Origin: Bacteroidota bacterium
GTDB lineage: Bacteria; Bacteroidota; Bacteroidia; UKL13-3
Length of the DNA stretch: 64,000 bases
Reading direction: 5' to 3'
NCBI GenBank assembly: GCA_947485745.1
Contig: CANKQY010000004.1
Location: 9,337-73,336, forward strand
Position 1 is the first letter of the stretch; every line of letters begins with the position of its first letter. The position numbers and the translations under genes are program-made. The notes under the pieces were generated by a model. The model was not told the DNA's origin and ran no database searches. It saw only the letters and a list, made by a program, of their open reading frames with translations. This document shows, one piece after another, positions 46,945-56,203 of this stretch.

Positions 46945-48201
46945 CTAATTTTCATCAATATTTTTTGGTTCGAGCCAAGATTTTGGATAACAAAGAAAAT
47001 ACTTTGTAACAGATTTTGTTAATGCTTCAATGTTAAATTGATCGGATGCCTCAGCAATATCTAATAAGTGTCCATCCTTAAATAAAATTTTTATATTAAA
47101 ATGGTCCAAACTATATGCCCTGTTCTTTACAGAATCTGTATAAACAAAATAATCAGCCTCCTCAAAACTTATATTCTTTTCTAACATAACCCACTCTTTA
47201 ATTTCCTTGATTTTTTGTAAAGTAAAAGGCTCATTTGCCAATTCTACTTTTGGCAGTAAACGGTCTTTTAATGTCAATGAAAGTGAGCTCAATACCTTAT
47301 CAGAATGGGTACTCCAAACTTTTATCGCCGACATGATATCATCATCGTCTAGTAGCGTGTAATTTTTGATTGCTGTAGGGTCATTAAAAAAGGCAGGGCC
47401 ATTTAATTGCTTTTCTAAAAAATATAATAAAGGTGGCGAAGCAAACAAAGTATGGCCGTTTTTAACTAATTCAAATGCACGATCTAAAGTTTTTACCAAA
47501 ACAGATTCGGCAGCTATAACAGTTTTGTGCAAATAAACCTGCCAATACATCAACCTGCGCGCAATTAAGAACTTCTCAATACTGTATATCCCTTTTTCAT
47601 CTACAACCAACTCATCGTTTACCACGTTGAGCATATTAATTATCCTATCTTGCCCTACTACGCCTTCTTGAACGCCACTATAAAAACTATCTCGACGCAA
47701 ATAATCTAGCCTGTCCATATCTAATTGACTGCTTACCAATTGGTGTAAAAACTTTCTTGGGTAATTATCGGTAAAAATTTGAATGCATAAATCTAACCTA
47801 CCCATTAAATCTTTATTCATTTGGTGCATGAGGAAAAGCGATATTTCCTCGTGGTGTAAATCCTTAATTAAAATATTTTCAAGGGTATGAGAATACGGAC
47901 CATGACCAATATCGTGCAATAAAATGGCGGCATATACAGCCTCCTTTTCCATTTGAGAAATTTCAACACCCTTTTGCTCTAAGGTAAGTAAAGCATTTTG
48001 GGTTAAACTCATGGCACCAATAACATGCTGAAAACGAGTGTGCTGTGCCCCTGGATAAACATAATTGGAGAGCCCTAACTGCTTAATCCTTCTTAATCTT
48101 TGAAAAAAAGGATGCGCAATAATGTCGTATGCCAATGCACATGGAATGCTTACAAATCCATAAACAGGGTCGTTAAAATTTTTTAGTTTATTGATAGCCA
48201 C
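46945..48201 (-). CDS. HD-domain phosphohydrolase
   Basis: FNDPVYGFVSIP, HPFFQRLRRIKQLG, TRFQHVIGAM and LLHDIGHGPYSH. The track start (48363) adds about 55 implausible residues that overlap the divergent porX gene. I prefer GTG at 48201 (MAINKLKNFNDPVYGF), but the start remains uncertain. Confidence 0.7.
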   Translation of the reverse strand: MAINKLKNFNDPVYGFVSIPCALAYDIIAHPFFQRLRRIKQLGLSNYVYPGAQHTRFQHVIGAMSLTQNALLTLEQKGVEISQMEKEAVYAAILLHDIGHGPYSHTLENILIKDLHHEEISLFLMHQMNKDLMGRLDLCIQIFTDNYPRKFLHQLVSSQLDMDRLDYLRRDSFYSGVQEGVVGQDRIINMLNVVNDELVVDEKGIYSIEKFLIARRLMYWQVYLHKTVIAAESVLVKTLDRAFELVKNGHTLFASPPLLYFLEKQLNGPAFFNDPTAIKNYTLLDDDDIMSAIKVWSTHSDKVLSSLSLTLKDRLLPKVELANEPFTLQKIKEIKEWVMLEKNISFEEADYFVYTDSVKNRAYSLDHFNIKILFKDGHLLDIAEASDQFNIEALTKSVTKYFLCYPKSWLEPKNIDEN

Positions 48202-48289
48202 AATTAATGAACAAAATAAAACGTTACTTCGCAAAGATAAGATTTGGAGGCATACTTTTTGCTTCTTGACAATAACTAGAAAAAACAAA

Positions 48290-49840
48290 ATGAACGCAAC
48301 TATTCTGTGGGCTGATGATGAAATTGATTTATTAAAGCCACATATTTTATTTTTAACCAACAAAGGATATCAGGTTGACAAGGTAACCAATGGCATTGAT
48401 GCCGTTGAAAAGGTAAAAGAAAATAATTATGATGTAATTTTTTTAGACGAGAATATGCCAGGCATTAGTGGCATTGAAACCTTGGCACAAATTAAGGTGA
48501 TAAGACCAGATGTGCCCGTGGTAATGATTACCAAAAGTGAAGAAGAGCATATAATGGAAGATGCAATTGGCAACCAAATTGCTGATTATCTCATTAAACC
48601 AGTAAATAGCAACCAAATTCTACTTTCATTAAAAAGATTATTAGATGGAAAGCAGCTAGTAACCGAAAAAACCGCCCAAAATTACCAACAAGAATTCCGC
48701 CAATTGAGCATGGATTTATCTGATGTAGATGACTTTAATGGCTGGGTAAAAATGTACAAGAAGCTAGTTTATTGGGAGCTAGAATTGGCGAAAAGTGGTG
48801 AAACTGGCATGGATGAAATTTTGGCCATGCAAAAAAGAGATGCCAATAATGGTTGGGGCAAATTTGTGAAAGACAATTTTATCAATTTCCTCAAAAAGCC
48901 TGATGCCAATACACCAGTAATGAGTCATACCTTAATCAATAAAAAATTAGTTCCCCTTTTAAAAGATGAGGTTCCTACTTTTATGATATTGATTGATAAT
49001 TTTAGGTACGACCAGTGGAAAATGGTTCAGAGCCAATTGAATGAATTATTCAATGTAGTGTTGGATGATACCTACATGACCATTTTGCCAACTACCACGC
49101 ACTATGCAAGGAATAGTATTTTTGCAGGTATGTTGCCAAGCGAAATTGAAAAACTATACCCTAATTTATGGGTAAATGAAGAAGATGAGGAAGGAAAAAA
49201 TATTCATGAAGAAGATTTATTGGGCCGACAATTACAGCGCTCAGGCATCATGGATAAATTCTCTTACACCAAAATTACCAACTTAAATGCTGGTAAAAAC
49301 TTAGTTGAAAATATCCCTAACCTTTGGCATAATAAACTCAATGTTATTGTATATAATTTTGTAGATATGCTAAGTCATGCTCGAACCGAAATGAACGTAA
49401 TGAAAGAGCTTGCCGAAGATGAGGCCGCTTATAGGAGTATTACTAACAGTTGGTTTGAACATTCACCACTTTTTGAAGCTATTAAGAAGATAGCCAGTAA
49501 AAAAGCAAGGGTAGTAATTACAACAGACCATGGCTCTATAAGAGTTGGCAATCCTGTAAAGATTGTAGGTGATAGAGCAACAAGCACAAACCTGCGTTAC
49601 AAGCAAGGTAGAAACTTAAATTATAATGAAAAGGAACTTTTTTCAATCAAGAATCCTTCAGATGCATTTTTGCCTAAACAAAATATGAGCACCAGTTATG
49701 TATTTGCCTTGGGTGAAGATTTTATGGCTTACCCAAACAACTATAACTACCATGTAAAAATGTACACAGATTCATTCCAACATGGCGGCATTAGCCTAGA
49801 AGAAATGATAGTACCATTCATCGTGCTGGAAACCAAATAA
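48290..49840 (+). CDS. porX: PorX-type T9SS response regulator (CheY-like receiver fused to a PglZ/alkaline-phosphatase-like domain)
   Basis: Receiver ILWADDEIDLLKPHILFL...VIFLDENMPGISG...DYLIKP, followed by about 380 aa of PglZ-like sequence (TTDHGS, HGGISLEEMIVPF). The start is taken at ATG 48290. Confidence 0.75.
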   Translation: MNATILWADDEIDLLKPHILFLTNKGYQVDKVTNGIDAVEKVKENNYDVIFLDENMPGISGIETLAQIKVIRPDVPVVMITKSEEEHIMEDAIGNQIADYLIKPVNSNQILLSLKRLLDGKQLVTEKTAQNYQQEFRQLSMDLSDVDDFNGWVKMYKKLVYWELELAKSGETGMDEILAMQKRDANNGWGKFVKDNFINFLKKPDANTPVMSHTLINKKLVPLLKDEVPTFMILIDNFRYDQWKMVQSQLNELFNVVLDDTYMTILPTTTHYARNSIFAGMLPSEIEKLYPNLWVNEEDEEGKNIHEEDLLGRQLQRSGIMDKFSYTKITNLNAGKNLVENIPNLWHNKLNVIVYNFVDMLSHARTEMNVMKELAEDEAAYRSITNSWFEHSPLFEAIKKIASKKARVVITTDHGSIRVGNPVKIVGDRATSTNLRYKQGRNLNYNEKELFSIKNPSDAFLPKQNMSTSYVFALGEDFMAYPNNYNYHVKMYTDSFQHGGISLEEMIVPFIVLETK

Positions 49841-49865
49841 AATAGAATCAAGCTAAATAATAAGC

Positions 49866-49906
49866 AAAAAAAACCATTAACAGCTCGCTGTTAATGGTTT
49901 TTTTTG
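49866..49906. terminator. Bidirectional intrinsic terminator
   Basis: AAAAA-AAACCATTAACAG-CTCG-CTGTTAATGGTTT-TTTTT: a perfect 13-bp stem between convergent genes. Confidence 0.85.
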
Positions 49907-49948
49907 TATCAATGGCTAAAGAGCAAAGCCTAATGACCAAAGACCAAA

Positions 49949-50551
49949 TTACTGATTAAAAGCAAAGCCAATATTAAAACTCAAATACGACATACTTGGC
50001 AGCTGGTCGTTTTTGAAATTGTAATTATATTTTAAAGACAACAATAAACTTCTAGAAGCATCAATATCATAAGTTGCAGCAATTTCAGGAACAACCAAAA
50101 ATTGCCAAGTATTGTTATTAATTGAGTATTGCCCCATATCAATATCACGTTCCATATAAGAGGTACCAATTCCAGTGCCGGCAATAAACCTAACTCCATT
50201 ATCAGAATCTCTGTAGTAATGTAATTTAGCGGTCATTGGATAAGTGTTTAAATAACGAAATTGCTTACCCGAAACCGAAACGTTGTCCTGTGTAAAAGTT
50301 CCATAGGGCATATCTTCATAAAACACATTCCAATCTACTCCAAAACCAGCGAGTATATTGTCTGTAACTTCCGTTTTGTATTCCATACCTACCCCTCTCC
50401 AACTATATTTAGAGATAAAGTCGTTCAATTCACCGGTTCCTAAACCCATTGAGTAATAGAAATTAAAATAAGAGTCGTTTAACTGTGCCTTGGTATCTTT
50501 AGTATTAAAAGTTAAGGCAAACAAACAAATGATATATATTGCTTTTTTCAT
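49949..50551 (-). CDS. Small outer-membrane beta-barrel protein
   Basis: Signal peptide, alternating strand pattern, and a C-terminal ...FNIGFAFNQ. Confidence 0.55.
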   Translation of the reverse strand: MKKAIYIICLFALTFNTKDTKAQLNDSYFNFYYSMGLGTGELNDFISKYSWRGVGMEYKTEVTDNILAGFGVDWNVFYEDMPYGTFTQDNVSVSGKQFRYLNTYPMTAKLHYYRDSDNGVRFIAGTGIGTSYMERDIDMGQYSINNNTWQFLVVPEIAATYDIDASRSLLLSLKYNYNFKNDQLPSMSYLSFNIGFAFNQ

Positions 50552-50552
50552 G

Positions 50553-51170
50553 TTAGTTTTTCTTTAAGATTGGTGATTGTTTAAACGCTTGATCAATGGC
50601 CTTTTTGGCTCTATTGGCAAATGTTGAGGTTGGACCTTCCACCAAGCCATTTACTAGAGAAACCCAAGCCATTGGTCTTCTGCCGTCTACAGCAGAATCT
50701 TTTAAATCGAGCATTTGAGTAAGCAAAGACCCTGTGGTTGTAGTTGAATAAGTTGGAGGATAATAACCCGGGTAGTACCAACCGTAGCCATAACCATAGC
50801 CATACCAATAATTTGAATAATAATAAACAGTTGTACTGGTCATAACCGAATTGATGATGGACACATCTGGATTTGACATGGTATCAACTTTAACCCAACC
50901 ATTTGCTTTCATATTAGCATCAATCTGACTGGTAATAACAGAAGCATAAGTGGGATCTAAATACTCTGGCTTAATTATATTATCACTACCAACTTTCAGC
51001 ACTTTTGGACTCAAAGTATACGTCTTTCTAGCACTAAAATCAGTTACTTTTGAATAGGCTGTTCCAACAATATCTAGGTCACTAACATATTCTGCACCAC
51101 CTGGTCGGCAAGCTGAAAATAACAGTAGGGAATAGATTACCCCTGCTGCAAGGAAAATTTTTGACTTCAT
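50553..51170 (-). CDS. Lipoprotein (DUF4136-like) with an internal Gly/Tyr/Trp-rich segment
   Basis: Lipobox LLFSAC and a low-complexity YYYSNYWYGYGYGYGWYYPGYYPPTY segment. There is a 1-nt gap to the downstream barrel gene. Confidence 0.5.
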   Translation of the reverse strand: MKSKIFLAAGVIYSLLLFSACRPGGAEYVSDLDIVGTAYSKVTDFSARKTYTLSPKVLKVGSDNIIKPEYLDPTYASVITSQIDANMKANGWVKVDTMSNPDVSIINSVMTSTTVYYYSNYWYGYGYGYGWYYPGYYPPTYSTTTTGSLLTQMLDLKDSAVDGRRPMAWVSLVNGLVEGPTSTFANRAKKAIDQAFKQSPILKKN

Positions 51171-51240
51171 AAAATATTTATTTATTTAAAGGTCGAAAGT
51201 AAGCAAATAATGAAAATCTACAAATTCGATTTTTCCAAAG

Positions 51241-52260
51241 TTAATTTAAACGCGCTAATCCAGCTTTAAACAAAGCATTACTGGGCTCCAATTCAAGGGC
51301 CACCTTATAGTTAATTCTGGCATCCACCTTGTTTTTTCTTTCTTCGTAAATCAATCCCTTCATGTAAAAGGCATTGGCAAAACTAGGGTTCATTTGGGTG
51401 CAGGTATTCCAATTTCTCAAGGCCTCATCCATGGTGCCATTTTCAAAATTGATATAGCCAACATTGTAATAAGCCAAATAATTTTCTGGGTTCAAATCAA
51501 TTACCCTTCTGTAATCAATTAAAGAATTTTTATTCAACCTTAGTTTCTGCTCAAAAACGGCTCTGCTAAACCAAGCATCAGGGTTTTTAGGTTGCAGTTT
51601 AATGGCAGCTTTAAAGTAATCAAATGCCAATTGATTTCTGCGAGCAGCATATAAATTGGCTATATATAAAGTAGATTCGTAATCGGTGGCATCATTTTCA
51701 ATGGCAGTTTGAAAATGATAAATTGCCCTTGCCGTATCGCCCATTTCCTTGTAATTCATGCCCAACATTTGATATATAGTGGCATTGCCTTGGTCTAATT
51801 TCATTCCTTTATTGAGTAGGGCAATGGATTTATTATACTCTTTTACTATAAAATACAAATCGGCCAATTTTAAAATGGCATCTTGGTAATCTGATTTAAG
51901 CGAAATGGCCTTTTCATAACTTGTTGCAGCCCTCTGGGTTTGGTTCATGGCATATAGGGTTCGAGCCAAATTAAAATGATACAAAGGATTAATAGAATCT
52001 ATTGCAATAGCAGCCAAAAAATCATCTTCTGCCCTATTCAAATATTTTTCATTTACATATACTTGGGCTCTCCTATATAGCAATTCGGCATCTTCCGGAC
52101 TTTCCTCAATGGCCTTACTTAATTCCTTTACAGCTTCAATATTTGCAGTACTATCCCCTGCATTTGGCAACTTACTTATTGAGGCATTTTGGCCACAGGA
52201 AATCAAAAAAAAAGAAATACTGATAAAAATCAGAATATTAAGGCTAAGTTTATAATACAT
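51241..52260 (-). CDS. Tetratricopeptide-repeat lipoprotein
   Basis: Lipobox FFLISC and about 8 TPR units (e.g. AEDDFLAAIAIDSINPLYHFNLARTLY). Confidence 0.75.
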   Translation of the reverse strand: MYYKLSLNILIFISISFFLISCGQNASISKLPNAGDSTANIEAVKELSKAIEESPEDAELLYRRAQVYVNEKYLNRAEDDFLAAIAIDSINPLYHFNLARTLYAMNQTQRAATSYEKAISLKSDYQDAILKLADLYFIVKEYNKSIALLNKGMKLDQGNATIYQMLGMNYKEMGDTARAIYHFQTAIENDATDYESTLYIANLYAARRNQLAFDYFKAAIKLQPKNPDAWFSRAVFEQKLRLNKNSLIDYRRVIDLNPENYLAYYNVGYINFENGTMDEALRNWNTCTQMNPSFANAFYMKGLIYEERKNKVDARINYKVALELEPSNALFKAGLARLN

Positions 52261-52365
52261 TTTTATATTTTTGAGAAATCAATCTTGGGCAAATAAAACA
52301 CTTGAATGTTAGTCAAGCAAATATTACTTAAGGGTTGACCCAATTAAAATTAATACAACAAAATT

Positions 52366-53523
52366 ATGCCTTTTTATCATAGAGTAGGTAGTATACCAAA
52401 AAAACGTCATACCCAATTCAGAAAACCTGATGGTTCTTTATATTCCGAGGAGCTTATCTCCACGGAGGGTTTTAGCAGCTTATACTCTTTGGCTTACCAT
52501 TGCCATCCACCAACATTGGTAAAAGATATTGGTTCAGCATACAGTATACAGCCCAAAGCAGCCCTCTCTAAAAATTTGCAAAACCGCAGTTTTTTAACCT
52601 TTAAGGCTGAACCAAAAGACGATTACCTTGAATCGAGAGTGGTTATGCTCTTTAACAAAGACCTGTATCTTTCTGTAGCTGCTCCCAAAAAAAGCATGAC
52701 CGATTACTTTTATAAAAATGCGGATGCAGATGAGGTAATTTTTATTCATGAAGGCAGCGGCACCCTCAAAACATTGTTTGGCCAAATTAAATTTGAATAT
52801 GGCGATTATTTGGTTATTCCTAGAGGCGTTATTTACCAAATGCAATTTGATACCGAAAAAAATAGGTTGATGATTATGGAAAGCTTTAGTCCCATTAAGC
52901 CACCAAAGCGCTATTTAAACCAATTTGGACAGTTAATGGAACATTCGCCTTACTGTGAGCGCGACATAAAACTACCAGAAAACCTAGAGACGCACGATGA
53001 AAAAGGTGATTTTAAGGTGCTCATTAAAAAACAAGACCTTATATATCCTTATACTTATGCCACACATCCTTTTGATGCCATAGGTTGGGACGGATTTCAA
53101 TATCCTTATGGGTTTAGCATTCACAATTATGAACCTATAACAGGCAGGGTGCACATGCCACCGCCAATTCACCAAACATTTGAAGGACATAATTTTGTGA
53201 TATGCTCTTTTGTACCTCGTATGTATGATTACCATCCAGATTCAATTCCTGCACCATATAACCACAGCAATGTAGACAGCGACGAGGTGTTATATTATGT
53301 TGATGGAGATTTTATGAGCAGAAAACATGTTGAGCGCGGCATGATTAGTTTGCATCCAAAAGGCATACCGCACGGACCGCATCCTGGCGCTGCAGAAAAA
53401 TCTATTGGCAAAACCGAAACCAAAGAATTGGCAGTAATGATTGATCCTTTTTACCCGCTAGAAATAACCCAAGCGGCAATGGATTGCGAAGATCCTCATT
53501 ACTACAAATCTTGGGTAGAATAG
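52366..53523 (+). CDS. hmgA: Homogentisate 1,2-dioxygenase
   Basis: At 385 aa it matches the length of the short bacterial HmgA form. It has cupin-type motifs (GDYLVIPRGVIYQ, YNHSNVDSDEVLYYVDG, ISLHPKGIPHGPHPG) and lies next to hppD. Confidence 0.7.
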   Translation: MPFYHRVGSIPKKRHTQFRKPDGSLYSEELISTEGFSSLYSLAYHCHPPTLVKDIGSAYSIQPKAALSKNLQNRSFLTFKAEPKDDYLESRVVMLFNKDLYLSVAAPKKSMTDYFYKNADADEVIFIHEGSGTLKTLFGQIKFEYGDYLVIPRGVIYQMQFDTEKNRLMIMESFSPIKPPKRYLNQFGQLMEHSPYCERDIKLPENLETHDEKGDFKVLIKKQDLIYPYTYATHPFDAIGWDGFQYPYGFSIHNYEPITGRVHMPPPIHQTFEGHNFVICSFVPRMYDYHPDSIPAPYNHSNVDSDEVLYYVDGDFMSRKHVERGMISLHPKGIPHGPHPGAAEKSIGKTETKELAVMIDPFYPLEITQAAMDCEDPHYYKSWVE

Positions 53524-53600
53524 ATTTAGATTCTAATCCATTTATATTCTGGGGGGCCTTATTTTTTAACGGTTTGAACCAACCTTGAGTAAAGTGATTT

Positions 53601-53753
53601 TTATTCAGGCCTAATTTTAACTATTTTATTATCACGCAAGACAACTAATTCACTGTTCTTGGATTTTTTATACACCAATAGTTTTTCATATACTTTTTCA
53701 AGCCCCTTAAGTATTTTTATCTTTTCTTCAATTTGAATTTCTTGTATTGTCAT
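53601..53753 (-). CDS. 50-aa ORF overlapping the 3' end of the zeta-like ATPase gene (candidate antitoxin/partner)
   Basis: This ORF is below the track's size cutoff and was hand translated: MTIQEIQIEEKIKILKGLEKVYEKLLVYKKSKNSELVVLRDNKIVKIRPE. Its ATG at 53753 lies 26 nt inside the upstream CDS. Confidence 0.4.
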   Translation of the reverse strand: MTIQEIQIEEKIKILKGLEKVYEKLLVYKKSKNSELVVLRDNKIVKIRPE

Positions 53754-54324
53754 AATGATTTTTTAATAGGTTAAACTTATCTTGATTGAAGATGATTATA
53801 GTATCATTAATTTGCTTTTCTGCAAAAAGTTCATGTACACCTTCAGAATTATCAAATAGTAAAGCTCCGTCAACAATTGGAAGATAAATGTCAAATAAAT
53901 TTTCAATTCCTCTGATGTATCTTCTTTCGATAACCTCTGGCTCGATATTGTGTCCTCCTTCGGAAACTCTAATTTTAACGCGTACTTTGGCCAATTCAAT
54001 GTCCTGAAGCCAAAAAAATAACAGAGTTACACGATAACCTTTTTCTTTCGCTTCTAAGATTTTATTTTTATAGCTTTTTGTTGATAATGTTGTTTCAAAA
54101 GCAAAGGTTTCATTTTCTGAAAGTAATTCGTTAATTCGACCAAGCATGATTCGACCGGCTTCAAACGATACTTTTTCGGGTTGAAAAGGTGATAGTCCTT
54201 TTGCAATTTCATCTGCATTGACAAATTCTTTACAATCCAAAATCTCAGGTAAAATCGTAAATGATGCAGTAGTTTTGCCTGCTCCATTACAACCTGCGAC
54301 TATGTAAAGTTTCTTATCGTCCAT
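53728..54324 (-). CDS. Zeta-toxin-like / AAA-type P-loop kinase-fold ATPase
   Basis: Walker A at the N-terminus (LYIVAGCNGAGKTT) and LLFFWLQDIELAKVRVKIRVSEGGHNIPE, typical of the zeta/COG4185-type family. Confidence 0.6.
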   Translation of the reverse strand: MDDKKLYIVAGCNGAGKTTASFTILPEILDCKEFVNADEIAKGLSPFQPEKVSFEAGRIMLGRINELLSENETFAFETTLSTKSYKNKILEAKEKGYRVTLLFFWLQDIELAKVRVKIRVSEGGHNIEPEVIERRYIRGIENLFDIYLPIVDGALLFDNSEGVHELFAEKQINDTIIIFNQDKFNLLKNHYDNTRNSN

Positions 54325-54561
54325 TTTTACGAATTTACATATAATTTTATAAGTTTTTCAATTTTGATTTTTTGTGAACGGTATAGACTATTATTTCTTT
54401 TCCTTTATTGTCTAGATATTTCCAATTTCATCTTTGAACTTAATGATTCAATAATTTTTATTTTTAAATCCTGTTTTATCAAGTGTTGAACAATACCAAA
54501 CTTCACTTAATATAAAATATAACAATCACTTAAAGTGCAACTAGTCCACAAAGACATATTT

Positions 54562-54584
54562 TTCAGAATTCTGAATTATATTTG
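54562..54584 (+). promoter_or_regulatory. Perfect 14-bp palindrome TTCAGAATTCTGAA abutting a TAnnTTTG -7 box upstream of hppD
   Basis: The palindrome is at 54562-54575, TATATTTG at 54577-54584 and the ATG at 54590. It contains the AATTCTGAATT word also seen at 5866-5890. Confidence 0.4.
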
Positions 54585-54589
54585 CCTCC

Positions 54590-55705
54590 ATGAATAATAC
54601 GATTGAAACTACGGGTAATGACTTTTTGCCTTTAAACGGAACTGATTATATTGAACTATACGTGGGAAATGCCAAGCAGGCGGCCCATTTCTATAAAACA
54701 GCTTTTGGTTTTCAAAGTTTGGCTTATGCCGGACCAGAGACAGGGGTGCGTGATAGGGCTAGTTACGTTTTGGTTCAAAACAAAATGAGATTAATGCTTA
54801 CCACCCCTGTACGCTCCGATTCTGCGATTGCGGAGCACCACAAAAAACATGGCGATGGCGTGAAGGTTTTGGCACTAATGGTAGATGATGCCTACAAAGC
54901 GCATGAAGAAACAACCAAACGTGGCGGAATTTCTTGCATGGAACCAAAAACACTTACTGATGAAAATGGCGAAGTACGCATGAGTGGGATCAAAACGTAT
55001 GGTGAAGTGGAACACATTTTTATTGAACGCAACAACTACAATGGCGTGTTTATGCCTGGTTTTATTAAATGGGAAAGTAATTATAATCCTGAACCAACAG
55101 GTTTATTATATGTAGACCATTGCGTAGGAAATGTTGATTGGAACCAAATGAACCCTTGGGTGAGCTTCTATGAAAATGTAATGGGTTTTAAAAACATCCT
55201 TTCATTTGATGACAACGATATTTCCACTGAATACTCTGCATTGATGAGCAAGGTTATGAGCAATGGAAATGGTTTCGTAAAATTTCCAATTAACGAACCA
55301 GCCGAAGGAAAAAGAAAATCACAAGTAGAAGAATACCTAGAATTTTATGAAGGCGAAGGCACGCAACACATTGCTATTGCTACCTTAGACATTGTTTCTA
55401 CTGTTAAACAATTAATGGCCAGAGGAGTTGAATTTTTGAAAGTGCCTAACAGTTATTACGATGATTTGTTAGATAGAGTTGGTCCTATAGAAGAAGACAT
55501 TGAGCCTTTAAAAGAATTGGGTATTTTGGTTGATAGAGACAATGAAGGATACTTGCTTCAATTGTTTACCAAACCAGTAGAAGACAGGCCAACCATGTTT
55601 TATGAAATTATTCAACGCAAAGGGGCAAAATCTTTTGGCAAAGGAAATTTCAAAGCCCTATTCGAAGCCATAGAACGCGAACAAGCTAATCGAGGTAATT
55701 TATAA
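54590..55705 (+). CDS. hppD: 4-hydroxyphenylpyruvate dioxygenase
   Basis: YIELYVGNAKQAAHFY, VDHCVGNV, PINEPAEGKRKSQVEEYLEFYEGEGTQHIA, LLQLFT, FYEIIQR, GFGKGNFKALFEAIEREQ. Confidence 0.9.
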   Translation: MNNTIETTGNDFLPLNGTDYIELYVGNAKQAAHFYKTAFGFQSLAYAGPETGVRDRASYVLVQNKMRLMLTTPVRSDSAIAEHHKKHGDGVKVLALMVDDAYKAHEETTKRGGISCMEPKTLTDENGEVRMSGIKTYGEVEHIFIERNNYNGVFMPGFIKWESNYNPEPTGLLYVDHCVGNVDWNQMNPWVSFYENVMGFKNILSFDDNDISTEYSALMSKVMSNGNGFVKFPINEPAEGKRKSQVEEYLEFYEGEGTQHIAIATLDIVSTVKQLMARGVEFLKVPNSYYDDLLDRVGPIEEDIEPLKELGILVDRDNEGYLLQLFTKPVEDRPTMFYEIIQRKGAKSFGKGNFKALFEAIEREQANRGNL

Positions 55706-55806
55706 GCTTGGTTTTTACACGAAGTAACAAAGCAACAATTTATTAAAAAAAAATAGTTACTTAGTTGCTTAGTAGTGAAAAACATTCAACAAAAAAAAAG
55801 AAAAAC

Positions 55807-56091
55807 ATGACAGATAATAAACTACTTAATCAATTTAAGAATATCGGAGTAGCTGAGGGAATTTCCTTTCTGGCTTTGGTATTTATTGCCATGCCAGTTA
55901 AATATGCTTTGGGGTACCCATTATTGGTTAAATATTTTGGTTGGGCACATGGTGCACTGTTTATAGCTTATATAATCTGGCTGATCCGAGCAAGAGATGA
56001 ATACAATTGGAGCTTGAAGCAAACGGCATTAGGTTTAATAGCGGCTTTGGTGCCTTTTGGACCGTTTATCTTTAACAAGAAATTACATTAA
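55807..56091 (+). CDS. Small integral membrane protein (DUF3817-like)
   Basis: Three hydrophobic helices and the WAHGALFIAYIIW motif. The start is taken at ATG 55807. Confidence 0.5.
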   Translation: MTDNKLLNQFKNIGVAEGISFLALVFIAMPVKYALGYPLLVKYFGWAHGALFIAYIIWLIRARDEYNWSLKQTALGLIAALVPFGPFIFNKKLH

Positions 56092-56104
56092 AACAATTCA
56101 ATAA

Positions 56105-56187
56105 ACATACGACCCCATCTGGGACGAATATTTATAGCGCTGCAATTTTCCTATATACATACGACCCCATCTGGGTCGAATATTTAT
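56105..56187. repeat. 31-bp direct repeat (52-bp period), each copy carrying a short GC hairpin
   Basis: ACATACGACCCCATCTGGGACGAATATTTAT (56105-56135) versus ACATACGACCCCATCTGGGTCGAATATTTAT (56157-56187). Copy 2 forms CGACCC-CATCT-GGGTCG, and copy 1 has one stem mismatch. Confidence 0.7.
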
Positions 56188-56203
56188 GAAAATATGTGGA
56201 GAT

